Positions 19,607-29,146 of a stretch of DNA of 64,000 nucleotides are shown here, piece after piece. Positions within the stretch are counted from its first letter, which is position 1, and every line of letters begins with the position of its first letter. The stretch is from Candidatus Poribacteria bacterium (lineage in GTDB: Bacteria; Poribacteria; WGA-4E; WGA-3G), in the NCBI GenBank assembly GCA_965205015.1, contig OZ242029.1, positions 5,248,001 to 5,312,000 on the forward strand, written 5' to 3'. The notes beneath the pieces are model-generated. The model was not told where the DNA came from. It saw only the letters and a program-made list of their open reading frames with translations, and ran no database searches. Both the position numbers and the translations under genes were made by a program.

Positions 19607-20863
19607 ATGATCACCGAACTCCGCGCGCAAAATTTCAAATCTTGGAAAGATACCGGTAAGCTGCAAATCGCACCCTTAACTGGCTTCTTCGGCGCGAACA
19701 GTTCCGGCAAAACCAGTCTTCTCCAAACACTCCTCGTGCTAAAGCAGACCGTGGAGCGTCCACCGGATTGGAATGGGGTGATCGATTTCGGTGAGGACAA
19801 CTCCCTCGTTAATTTGGGAGGCTTTGATGAGACCGTTCACCAACACAACTTAGATTTAAGTCTTGATGTTGCTGTATCATGGCAGCTGCCTGAAAGACAA
19901 AATTTAGGTCCGGTTCAAATCGATTTCCTCTCCTTCTCAATGTCCATTGTTAAAAAATATGAGCATTCGGTGGAACTGGATAATTTTTGTTATGCAAGTG
20001 GTGAGCGTGAATTTAAGATAGAGTGGGAATCGTCAGGATATAAATACAAATTAGGATATGATTGGGCAAGTACAGAATTGTTTCGATGTTACGGTGTTGT
20101 TAACCCATTCGGACCTCTGGAGTCTTTCGCTCCTCTTAAAGCGGCTTTTGAGGATTTGTTCGATCGAATTCGCTACCTCGGTCCACTTCGTGAATACCCG
20201 CGCTCTCATTACAAATGGCAGGGAAACCACCCGGAAGATGTAGGGCAGCATGGCGAAGATATAGTTCCCTGCATGCTTTCAAAGCGGGTACAGCTTCACG
20301 GTATTGATAGACAGGTAATGGAATGGTTACAGAGACTGGATTTGATCAACTCCTATCGCCTCAATCCTATCCCAAATTTGGAGAAAGATTACGAATTTCT
20401 GGTCAAAAAACACAAAAATGGACCTGAAGTCCGACTCACTGATGTCGGCTTTGGGGTTTCGCAGGTGCTGCCGGTATTGATTCTCTGTTATTACGCGCCA
20501 GAGGGAAGTATTCTCATCCTTGAACAACCTGAAGCACACCTCCATCCGAAAGTCCAAGCGGAATTGGCGGACCTGCTCATTGAGGTCGTGAAAAATCGAC
20601 GACTCCAAATTATTCTTGAGAGCCACAGCGAGCATCTACTGATACGGCTCATGCGGCGTATCGCTGAGGAACAAATTTCCGCAGACGACACCGCCTTCTA
20701 TTTTTGCGAAATGAATGAAGGGGTATCCGAAATTGAGAGACTCAATGTGGATGATTACGGAAACATCACGAATTGGCCACAAAACTTCTTTGGTGATGAG
20801 ATGGGCGACTTGGCAGCAAAGACAAAAGCGGAGATGAAGCGTCGGAAAGCTGCCAAATTATGA
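19607..20863 (+). CDS. AAA ATPase with DUF3696-type C-terminus
   Basis: QNFKS, FGANSSGKTS, DVGFGVSQVLP, LEQPEAHLHP, ESHSEH, NWPQNFFGD. Confidence 0.85.
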   Translation: MITELRAQNFKSWKDTGKLQIAPLTGFFGANSSGKTSLLQTLLVLKQTVERPPDWNGVIDFGEDNSLVNLGGFDETVHQHNLDLSLDVAVSWQLPERQNLGPVQIDFLSFSMSIVKKYEHSVELDNFCYASGEREFKIEWESSGYKYKLGYDWASTELFRCYGVVNPFGPLESFAPLKAAFEDLFDRIRYLGPLREYPRSHYKWQGNHPEDVGQHGEDIVPCMLSKRVQLHGIDRQVMEWLQRLDLINSYRLNPIPNLEKDYEFLVKKHKNGPEVRLTDVGFGVSQVLPVLILCYYAPEGSILILEQPEAHLHPKVQAELADLLIEVVKNRRLQIILESHSEHLLIRLMRRIAEEQISADDTAFYFCEMNEGVSEIERLNVDDYGNITNWPQNFFGDEMGDLAAKTKAEMKRRKAAKL

Positions 20864-21363
20864 AAGTTATTGTAGATACAAATGTTCCGTTAGTTGCCAA
20901 TGGGAGTGCAGACCAAGCATCTGAAGATTGCGTGGAAGCCTGTATTGACGAACTGCTGAAGATTACCGAAGGCGACGTAAAATTAGTGTTGGATGACCAG
21001 CGACGGATTATCGAAGAATACCGGAATAAGTTGAATCCGGGCGGTTTTCCCGGTGTCGGCGACGCGTTTCTCAAATGAGTAGAGATAAATTGGGCAAACC
21101 CGCAACAATGTGATTTGGTTTCCATTACACCTATTGATGATTTAGAAACTGATTTTCAGGAGTTTCCCGCAGACCCAGCACTACAGGATTTTGATCCAGA
21201 TGATAGAAAATTTATCGCCGTCGCACTCACACACTCCGAAAAACCGCCTATCTTACAAGCGGTAGATAGTGGATGGTGGAATGCCCGAGACGCACTTCGT
21301 CAAAACGGTGTCACGATTGATTTTATCTGTGAAGACGACATGCGTTCGATGATAGACTCGTAA
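20860..21363 (+). pseudogene. PIN-like protein interrupted by in-frame TGA at 21076-21078
   Basis: ORFs 20860..21078 and 21115..21363 share a frame: VIVDTNV...GDAFLK*VEINWANP...FDPDDRKFIAVA. Confidence 0.75.
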
Positions 21364-21387
21364 TTCTTAAAACACAGGAGGGACAGC

Positions 21388-22008
21388 ATGATCCATGAAA
21401 TAAGAACCTATAACCTGAAGCTCGGCCAACTCAACGAATACTGGGAACGCTTCGGCGAAAAGCTACCCGCACGCCAAGAACTCTCCAAACTCGGTGGACA
21501 CTGGTACACCGAAGTCGGACCCTTGAATCAGATGGTCGCTATTTGGCCCTACGAGAGTCTTGAACAACGGGCAGAGATCCGACGCGCCGCAGAAGCAGGA
21601 CCGAACCCGATATGGCCCCCCGATACCAGCGATCTCATCGTATCCATGGTATCCGAGATTTTTCTGCCAGCTCCCTTTATGGAACCCTTAGGTGAAAAAG
21701 ACCTCGGACCGATATATGAAATGCGTTTGTACACCTATCCTGCAGAAGGCATGCCACAAGTTTTAGAGGCGTGGGGTGCGGCGATCCCTGAACGCGTGAA
21801 GTATTCCGCATTAGCAGGCTGTTGGTATTCGGAATACGGTGGGGTCAACAATTTCATCCATCTCTGGGCATATAGGAGTTTCGAGGAACGCCAACGCATC
21901 CGAGCGGAGACGCGAGAGACAGGTGTCTGGCCCCCCAAAGGCTCCGTTAGACCCATCACACAGGAGAGCAAGCTGCTGCTACCAGCCCCTTTCTCACCCA
22001 TGCAGTAG
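21388..22008 (+). CDS. NIPSNAP-family protein (two repeats)
   Basis: IHEIRTY / IYEMRLYTY repeats, WPYESLEQRAEIR / WAYRSFEERQRIR, LLPAPFSPMQ. Confidence 0.9.
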   Translation: MIHEIRTYNLKLGQLNEYWERFGEKLPARQELSKLGGHWYTEVGPLNQMVAIWPYESLEQRAEIRRAAEAGPNPIWPPDTSDLIVSMVSEIFLPAPFMEPLGEKDLGPIYEMRLYTYPAEGMPQVLEAWGAAIPERVKYSALAGCWYSEYGGVNNFIHLWAYRSFEERQRIRAETRETGVWPPKGSVRPITQESKLLLPAPFSPMQ

Positions 22009-22160
22009 TGTGTTTTTCTCAACATAGACCCCTCCACCCCATTGGCGAGGTTTCCTTGCGGAAATACCCTATCAAAAACACCTCGCCTCCTTCGGTTGGA
22101 TGTCCTCGTAACGCGGAAATTGAAATCAACGCTCCCTATTATTCAAGAACAGAGAGGAAA

Positions 22161-22865
22161 ATGAAAAATCAACGTAGTGGTTTACCCAAAGAAGAAAGAG
22201 CCGTCTTAGAGGATGCTATTCGCCGCTCTTATTTTCATACAATTGACGATCTCGATCACGAGGATGTTTTAGAGATATTCGGTTTTACTGCTGACACAGG
22301 TCCGTTAGCAACCACAGATGAAAATGCTAAAGTTGTAATTAATAATAAATCTGCCCGGATGCTTTCTCCCATATTAGGATTCTTAAATGAAATCGTTGAC
22401 GGACACTTTGATGTGGAAGAAGATGGTATCATGAGGCACTATCTGTTAGGGCTTGTAAGTTTTGCCGGTCGTGTGCACACAGAGGAGGCTTATCAAGGAC
22501 TTACAAAATTTCTCAACCGTTTATTAACGTACAACCTGAATCTAAAGGATGTTTTCTTAGCAGAAACTGTATTTTCACTTGCCGAAGTTAGTGTTGGATT
22601 GGGTAGGGAAGATTCGGTTTCCATACTCAAATCGGCTATATCCCATCTTCCGGATCCAGACCGCGATCTCAGCGAATTGGTTGAGTATTTTGACAAATTG
22701 AACGGACCTGAGGGGATAAAGGAAATCCTGATCCATCCTGCAACAGGTAGGGTGCCAGAAGTAGAAGATAGATGTTTAGCGTTGCTACAAAAACACGATC
22801 CTGACTTTGTAAAGGACTGGAAAACACAAAAAGCCTCCGCTAACATTTCACATGACCGAATTTAA
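22161..22865 (+). CDS. Hypothetical helical protein
   Basis: Long ORF with GAGAGG RBS before ATG 22161; no recognisable motif. Confidence 0.55.
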   Translation: MKNQRSGLPKEERAVLEDAIRRSYFHTIDDLDHEDVLEIFGFTADTGPLATTDENAKVVINNKSARMLSPILGFLNEIVDGHFDVEEDGIMRHYLLGLVSFAGRVHTEEAYQGLTKFLNRLLTYNLNLKDVFLAETVFSLAEVSVGLGREDSVSILKSAISHLPDPDRDLSELVEYFDKLNGPEGIKEILIHPATGRVPEVEDRCLALLQKHDPDFVKDWKTQKASANISHDRI

Positions 22866-22979
22866 TTATTAACTCGGTAATTGACGGGCAATAAATGGTT
22901 TCCCTACTACGAACGGGCCGCTTGTAGTAGTGCGATTCATCGCACGTTCAGAAATTACCGAATAATCAGGAGAGGACAG

Positions 22980-23357
22980 ATGAAGAAGAAGAATCACGAC
23001 GATTTTGATGGTTTCATGGTCAATTTATTTCTTGATGAGGATGGTGATTATCTCGCTCACCTCGTGGAACTCCCTAACGTCTCAGCTTTCGGACCAACAC
23101 CTGCCGAGGCGTTACGTGAATTAAAAACAGCGTGGGAACTGATGGAAGAATGTTACCGAGCCGACGGTGAACCCGTTCCAAAAGCACCTTCTCGGAGTGG
23201 ATATGACGGACCGTTCAATGTTCCTATTGAAGCCCAACTTTATCACGCTCTGGCAGACGAAGCCGCGAAGACAGACCTAAGCCTTTACACGTTTGTGACA
23301 CAAAAATTGAAGGCATCGGTGCCAGTTGTTCAAACAGAAAACGAAGGTTCTTTGTGA
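22980..23357 (+). CDS. HicB-family antitoxin (no adjacent HicA seen)
   Basis: DEDGDYLAHLVELPNVSAFGPTPAEAL...GEPVP...YDGPFNVPI. Confidence 0.8.
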   Translation: MKKKNHDDFDGFMVNLFLDEDGDYLAHLVELPNVSAFGPTPAEALRELKTAWELMEECYRADGEPVPKAPSRSGYDGPFNVPIEAQLYHALADEAAKTDLSLYTFVTQKLKASVPVVQTENEGSL

Positions 23358-23679
23358 ATGAAAACCGATTTGAATCTCCATCCAACCTATTGAGTAACTT
23401 GTTTTGTGCAGTCCAGACATTGTATTTAAAGAGACATCCTTCCCTGCTCACGAAATTTTCAGAGTAACCTTCCGAGTGACATTAGAGGCAAATCCTCCAA
23501 ACCCCAGTCATGGCAGAGGTTTACAGCCTTTTCCAAAACTATCACATTTAAGATTTACTCTGAATACTTTGAAACGCACCTCATGTCTCTTGACGCTGCT
23601 ATAACACACCACCCCTATTGTATACAATCCCTTTCCACTACTGATTGCTGACCGCTGATGGCTGACTGCCATAAAACAT

Positions 23680-23708
23680 TTGACATAAACTTCCGAATGT
23701 GCTATGCT
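23680..23708 (+). promoter_or_regulatory. sigma70-type promoter of mutS
   Basis: TTGACA-N17-TATGCT, 60 nt upstream of the ATG. Confidence 0.6.
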
Positions 23709-23768
23709 ACTAAAAATTGACCCTTCGTCCAAAAAACAGCCACGTAACATTATAAACAAGGAAACGCT

Positions 23769-26456
23769 ATGGCACGTTCAAAACAGTCCGATCTGTCATT
23801 AATGGAACTCTATAAACACGTAAAAAAACAGCACGGCGATGCGATACTCCTCTGTCGGGTCGGCGATTTCTATGAAGCCTTCTTTGAAGACGCCGAACTT
23901 ATTGCCCGCCTGCTTGAGATCGCCTTGACATCGAGAAGCCATAAAAACCAAAAATCCCCACCGCCACCGATGGCAGGTATCCCGCATCACGCGCTCGATT
24001 CCTATCTCTACAAACTCGTCAAGGCCGGACATAAAGTCGCCATTTTGGAGCAGACCGAGGACGCAAAACTCGCACGGGACGAGAACCGACTCGTCAAACG
24101 CGATGTCGTCCGGATCGTTACACCCGGCACGGTGACCGACCCAAAGGTGCTGGAGCATAAAGTCAACAATTACATCGTCTCGATCTATCTCAACAAAGAC
24201 ACTTACGGTGTTGCTGTTGCGGATCTCTCCACCGGCGAATTTCTGGTAACTGAACTCACAGACCCTTCACGCCTCTGGGCGGAGATCCACCGATTTTCCC
24301 CAAAAGAGTGTCTCTTTGCCGATACCTTCGAGGACGAGGAGATGTTTGATCGCCTCAAAACCGAACTCAAGGTGACACTCAATGACCTACCCGACTGGCG
24401 GTTTGAATTGGACACGGCTCGGACGGAACTCCTCGAACATTTCCAAACCATTTCGCTTGATGGGTTCGGGTGCGAACATCTGCCGACTGCTATCTGTGCC
24501 GCGGGTGCACTCATCTATTACCTGAATGAAACGCAGAAGCAGGAAGTCGAACACATTGTCTCCCTGCACACCTATACGCTCTCCGATTTCATGGTACTGG
24601 ATGCCGATACACAGCGTAACCTCGAACTGACAGCCTCCATTCGCGACGGATCCACGAAAGGCACGCTCCTTGAAGTTCTTGATGAGACGGTGACGGCGAT
24701 GGGGGGCAGAAGGATGCGTCAATGCCTCTTACAGCCCCTGCTCGATGAAAAGGGGATTGCAGAACGCCTCAGTGCAGTCGATGAGCTCAAAACCCAGATT
24801 AGCTTGCAGGAGGAGTTGCGGGATGCACTCGGACAGATGTATGATGTTGAACGTCTCATTTCACGTATCAGTCTCGGTTCCGTGAATGGACGCGACCTAC
24901 ATTCGCTCAAGGATTCGCTTCGTCTGATCCCCGAGGTTAAGGTGCAGCTCCAAAACTGCAGGAGTAACTTGTTGGTATCCCTCAATGATACTTTGGACCC
25001 GCTGCCAGACTTAGTCGAATTGATCGAACACGGCATCCATCCGAACCCACCCGCGACGATCCGTGAAGGCGGCATCATAAATGACGGTTATAGCGAGGAA
25101 CTCGATGAACTTCGACAGATTGTAGGACAGGGAAAAGACTGGATAGCCGCTATGCAGGAGGAGGAACGCAAACGCAGCGGTATCCAATCCTTAAAGATCG
25201 GATTCAACCAAGTCTTCGGTTATTATATCGACGTGACGAAGCCGAATCTGCACATGGTGCCTGAGCATTACATCCGTAAACAGACCCTACGGAATTCCGA
25301 GCGGTTCATCACACCTGAACTCAAAGAGCAGGAGGCGAAGGTCCTGAACGCCGAGGATCGGATACAAGACTTGGAATATGAACTCTTCTGTCAGATTCGT
25401 GAGGATGTCTCGAAATATACGGAAGTTATTCAAAAAATCGCAGCGGCACTCGCGATGATTGATGTCCTCGCCAATTTCGCGTATGTCGCCTCGAAATACA
25501 ACTATGTGAAGCCTACCGTCGCGGCAGTGGACGAAATCGTTATCCGGGATGGCAGGCACCCGGTTGTCGAGCAGCTGTTCACGCAAGAGGGGTTTGTGCC
25601 TAACGATACGCTCCTCAACTGCGATGATGAGCAATTACATATTATCACGGGACCGAACATGAGCGGCAAGAGCACGTATCTGCGTCAGACGGCACTCATC
25701 GTTCTGATGGCACAGATCGGATGTTTTGTGCCTGCCTCCGCTGCGAAAATCGGTTTGGTAGACCGGATTTTCACACGGGTGGGTGCGTCGGATAACCTCG
25801 TGATGGGACAGAGTACCTTCCTCGTTGAGATGAACGAGACGGCGAATATTCTCAACAACGCCACCCGCAACAGCCTCGTGATCTTTGACGAAGTCGGACG
25901 CGGCACCAGCACGTTTGATGGACTCAGCATCGCATGGGCGGTTTCGGAGTATCTCTTAGATGAAAAACGGATGGGCGCGAAAACGCTCTTCGCGACACAC
26001 TATCATGAGTTGGTGGAACTCGCCAGCAAATATAAACGCGCCAAGAACTACAATGTCGCCGTTCATGAAGATGGACAGAAGGTGACCTTCCTCCGAAAAG
26101 TTGTCCAAGGGGGCGCAGACCAAAGTTACGGTATCCACGTCGCACGACTCGCAGGACTCCCCCAAGTCGTGATTACACGCGCCCAGCAGATACTTGAAGT
26201 GCTTGAACAGCACAATCTGAGTGTTGAGGCGGATGGGGCAACGGGTCAGTCACCGAAAACACATCCAACACTACCGAAACCGCGCCGCCGTGTCTCCCGA
26301 AAGACACTACAGAGCGATTCCCTACAGATGGCACTCTTTACACCGAAGACGCATCCGCTTGTTGAAGAGATCCGGCGGTTGGAACTCACGCAGGTAACCC
26401 CCTTGGATGCGGTGAATATTCTCTATGATTTGAAGGCGAAGGCGGAGGAATCTTAG
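23769..26456 (+). CDS. mutS: DNA mismatch repair protein MutS
   Basis: GDFYEAF, TPGT, ITGPNMSGKST, FTRVGASD, STFLVEM, DEVGRGT, ATHYHEL, SYGIHVA. Confidence 0.97.
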   Translation: MARSKQSDLSLMELYKHVKKQHGDAILLCRVGDFYEAFFEDAELIARLLEIALTSRSHKNQKSPPPPMAGIPHHALDSYLYKLVKAGHKVAILEQTEDAKLARDENRLVKRDVVRIVTPGTVTDPKVLEHKVNNYIVSIYLNKDTYGVAVADLSTGEFLVTELTDPSRLWAEIHRFSPKECLFADTFEDEEMFDRLKTELKVTLNDLPDWRFELDTARTELLEHFQTISLDGFGCEHLPTAICAAGALIYYLNETQKQEVEHIVSLHTYTLSDFMVLDADTQRNLELTASIRDGSTKGTLLEVLDETVTAMGGRRMRQCLLQPLLDEKGIAERLSAVDELKTQISLQEELRDALGQMYDVERLISRISLGSVNGRDLHSLKDSLRLIPEVKVQLQNCRSNLLVSLNDTLDPLPDLVELIEHGIHPNPPATIREGGIINDGYSEELDELRQIVGQGKDWIAAMQEEERKRSGIQSLKIGFNQVFGYYIDVTKPNLHMVPEHYIRKQTLRNSERFITPELKEQEAKVLNAEDRIQDLEYELFCQIREDVSKYTEVIQKIAAALAMIDVLANFAYVASKYNYVKPTVAAVDEIVIRDGRHPVVEQLFTQEGFVPNDTLLNCDDEQLHIITGPNMSGKSTYLRQTALIVLMAQIGCFVPASAAKIGLVDRIFTRVGASDNLVMGQSTFLVEMNETANILNNATRNSLVIFDEVGRGTSTFDGLSIAWAVSEYLLDEKRMGAKTLFATHYHELVELASKYKRAKNYNVAVHEDGQKVTFLRKVVQGGADQSYGIHVARLAGLPQVVITRAQQILEVLEQHNLSVEADGATGQSPKTHPTLPKPRRRVSRKTLQSDSLQMALFTPKTHPLVEEIRRLELTQVTPLDAVNILYDLKAKAEES

Positions 26457-26459
26457 GGG

Positions 26460-27836
26460 TTAGGCGGCAGCGATGCAATCCCCTTCTAACGCACCGAGCG
26501 TGACGCGCTGAATCTGATTGATCGCACTCTCTGGGGCATCCACGAGGACACGAAGATAGTTGTCGGTAAAACCTGCGAGGTGGTTGTTTTCCCCTTCTCT
26601 GCTCGCTTCGATGAGCACCGCTTTCTGCTTGCCAAGCATCCGTCGTCGGAATGCCGTGTTCAGGCGTTCGCCAAGCGCAATCATCGTTTGACTCCGTGCT
26701 GCGGAAATGTGTGGAGAGACTTGATCCGGGTAGGTCGCCGCGGGTGTGCCTTTTCGAGGGGAATAACGAAACACATGTAACTGGCTGAATCCGATGTTCT
26801 CGACGAATTGGCATGATGCCTCAAAGTGGGCATCCGTTTCGCCGGGAAATCCGACCATAATATCCGTGGTAATCCCGACATCATCGCCAAAGACGCGTCG
26901 TAAGTTCCCAACGAGATGTGCGAATTCTGCCGTCGTGTAACGCCGACGCATCTGCCGCAACACCGCATCTGAACCGGCTTGGAGTGGAAGGTGGAAGTGC
27001 GGCATGCATTTTGGGAGTGCTGCCATCCGCTCACCAAGGGAATCTGGGAAATACATCGGTTCGATCGAGCTGAAACGGATACGTTCAATGCCTTCGATGT
27101 CGTGGATATGCTCTAAAATATCGGCAATGTCTTTTTCCCGACCGGTGTCCACGCCGTAAGCACCGAGATGCACGCCGGTGATGACGACCTCTTTGATACC
27201 GCTGTCAGCGATGCGACGGGCTTCGCCGGCGATATCAGCGAGCGGACGGCTTGTCATTCTACCGCGCACATACGGGATAATGCAGTAAGTACAGAAAGCA
27301 CTGCATCCGTCTTGCACTTTGATGAGCGCACGCGTGCGTTTGCCGGCATTGCTGACGCCTTTGCTAAAGCGTGCGTGTTCGCGAATAGCATCGTGTTGAA
27401 CGGGTTCTATAGTGAGGAGTGGGTTCGGCGTGTGAGACACCTCTGCTGGCGAGGTTCCTAACCTCTCTCCAGATGATGTTTCGGTGTGCAAGACATCGAG
27501 GTACTGCTGAAAATCCGCCTTTTCTCGGTTGCCGAAAACAAATGTTACACCGGGGATCTCTTCAATCGCCTCACGATCGCTTTCCGCATAGCAACCTGTG
27601 ACGAGCACTTTTGCGTCCGGATGCCGTCGAATTGCTCTCCGAATGACTTGCCGTGCTTTCTGGTCGGCAGTGTTCGTTACGGTGCATGTGTTGATGAGAT
27701 AGAGGTCGGTCTCCTGTTGTTGAGATGTTTCATCATCAACAATCGTATATCCGTTGCGTCGAAGCGTCTCGCGCATAGATTGCGTATCGTATTGGTTGAC
27801 CTTACAGCCCATCGTAATCAGTTTTGCGGTTCGCAT
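26460..27836 (-). CDS. mtaB: tRNA t6A37 methylthiotransferase MtaB (radical SAM)
   Basis: TMGCKVNQYD, NTCTVT, TGCYA, KVQDGCSAFCTYCIIP, GVHLG, HVFRYSPRKGT, TDNY; start taken at MRTAK. Confidence 0.92.
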   Translation of the reverse strand: MRTAKLITMGCKVNQYDTQSMRETLRRNGYTIVDDETSQQQETDLYLINTCTVTNTADQKARQVIRRAIRRHPDAKVLVTGCYAESDREAIEEIPGVTFVFGNREKADFQQYLDVLHTETSSGERLGTSPAEVSHTPNPLLTIEPVQHDAIREHARFSKGVSNAGKRTRALIKVQDGCSAFCTYCIIPYVRGRMTSRPLADIAGEARRIADSGIKEVVITGVHLGAYGVDTGREKDIADILEHIHDIEGIERIRFSSIEPMYFPDSLGERMAALPKCMPHFHLPLQAGSDAVLRQMRRRYTTAEFAHLVGNLRRVFGDDVGITTDIMVGFPGETDAHFEASCQFVENIGFSQLHVFRYSPRKGTPAATYPDQVSPHISAARSQTMIALGERLNTAFRRRMLGKQKAVLIEASREGENNHLAGFTDNYLRVLVDAPESAINQIQRVTLGALEGDCIAAA

Positions 27837-28117
27837 GAGTCTTTTTATAGATTTTGTTAGAGAGATCCCAACTTCGTTCCATACACGCTCGCTGGCGAAG
27901 TTTCTGTTTTCCAAGTAAATATTATACCGAATTTTTGCCCGAATTGCAAATGAGATAGTTCTACAAAAAGGTAAGTGCGGTTTTATGACATCTGGTAATG
28001 TCGCGAAGGGAGTCATGGATCAAGACGCGTCTATAATCCTGTCCATCCTTTAATCCTGATTCAGACAATGAAACAGTAGAGAAAATAGGCGGGCACCGAG
28101 ACCCGCCTCGGAAGGGA

Positions 28118-29089
28118 CTATGATAACTCGACCGCTTTGCCGGTACGTGCGCATTCGTAGATAGCCATATTGAGAGCAACGGAACGTCTACCTTCATAGC
28201 CGTCAACTGCCGGTGAGCCACCGTCGTTGATGACTTGGAGCGCGTCCTCGATGACGTTATCCGGATAGGGCGGCAGTTCGATTTCGGGTTCATTGTCATC
28301 GACGAACTCCCACATCTCGGGTCCAAGACCGACGATGCCTTTTTCGCCGTGAACGTGGATCATTGAGACGCTGCTGCCGGGGAAAGTCGTCGTTGTCAGG
28401 ACGTGTCCGAGCGCCCCGTTCTCAAATTCGAGAATCGCCGAGGTCATGTCCTCGGTTTCACAATTTTCGTGATCGTAGACGTCGAAGTGTGCCCCGATGA
28501 CGCGTTTGACGGGACCCATGAACCAGAGCATCAAGTCGATGTAATGCACGCCTTGGTTCATGATAGAACCGCCGCCGTCGAGTTCCCAGGTGCCGTGCCA
28601 ACCGACGTAGTAACTATCCGGACGTTTCCACTTCATGCGGAGTTCGCAGAGCAAGGGTCTACCGAGACCCCCGGTTGTGAGCACGTGCTGGATCTGACGG
28701 TTATGTGTGCCGTATCGCTCTCCAAAATCAACGAGTAATTTGACATCGTTGTCTTCACATGTTTTAATAAGGGAGTTGCAATTTTCAACGCTGACGTCCA
28801 TCGGTTTTGTGGTGATGACGTGTTTACCGCGGCGTGCGGCTTCCTCTCCGAATTTTCCGTGGAGCCCGCTCGGTGTCATAATCATTGCCACGTCGATATC
28901 GTCGCGATCGAACATCTCAAGCGCATCGTCGTGGCTTTCACAACCGAAGTTTTCTTCAGCCGACTTGCGCCGCTCTTCGACGAGATCCGCCACAGCGACG
29001 AGTTCTGCACCGTCTGTGCTGTGAATCATACGGGAGCGGTTCATGCCCATACCTAAACCGACAACGCCAAAACGTAGAGTATTAGCCAT
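28118..29089 (-). CDS. Gfo/Idh/MocA oxidoreductase
   Basis: GVVGLGMG, TPSGLH, HVITTKPM, DGGGSIMNQGVHYID. Confidence 0.9.
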   Translation of the reverse strand: MANTLRFGVVGLGMGMNRSRMIHSTDGAELVAVADLVEERRKSAEENFGCESHDDALEMFDRDDIDVAMIMTPSGLHGKFGEEAARRGKHVITTKPMDVSVENCNSLIKTCEDNDVKLLVDFGERYGTHNRQIQHVLTTGGLGRPLLCELRMKWKRPDSYYVGWHGTWELDGGGSIMNQGVHYIDLMLWFMGPVKRVIGAHFDVYDHENCETEDMTSAILEFENGALGHVLTTTTFPGSSVSMIHVHGEKGIVGLGPEMWEFVDDNEPEIELPPYPDNVIEDALQVINDGGSPAVDGYEGRRSVALNMAIYECARTGKAVELS

Positions 29090-29146
29090 TAGAAATTCTC
29101 CTTTTCTATTGGTTGACTGATAGCCATTATACCATATACACAGACG

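Noticed and set aside
358-21078. Stop-codon reassignment or selenocysteine suggested by in-frame stops in two PIN genes
   Set aside because: The two stops differ (TAA and TGA), the expected residues are Gln/Trp, and housekeeping genes use these stops normally
27837-28016. N-terminal extensions of mtaB (and similarly of the ORFs at 37887, 29236, 34176, 46723, 47384, 22008 and 59832)
   Set aside because: The extensions run through repeats, promoters or neighbouring genes; downstream starts match family N-termini and mostly have an RBS
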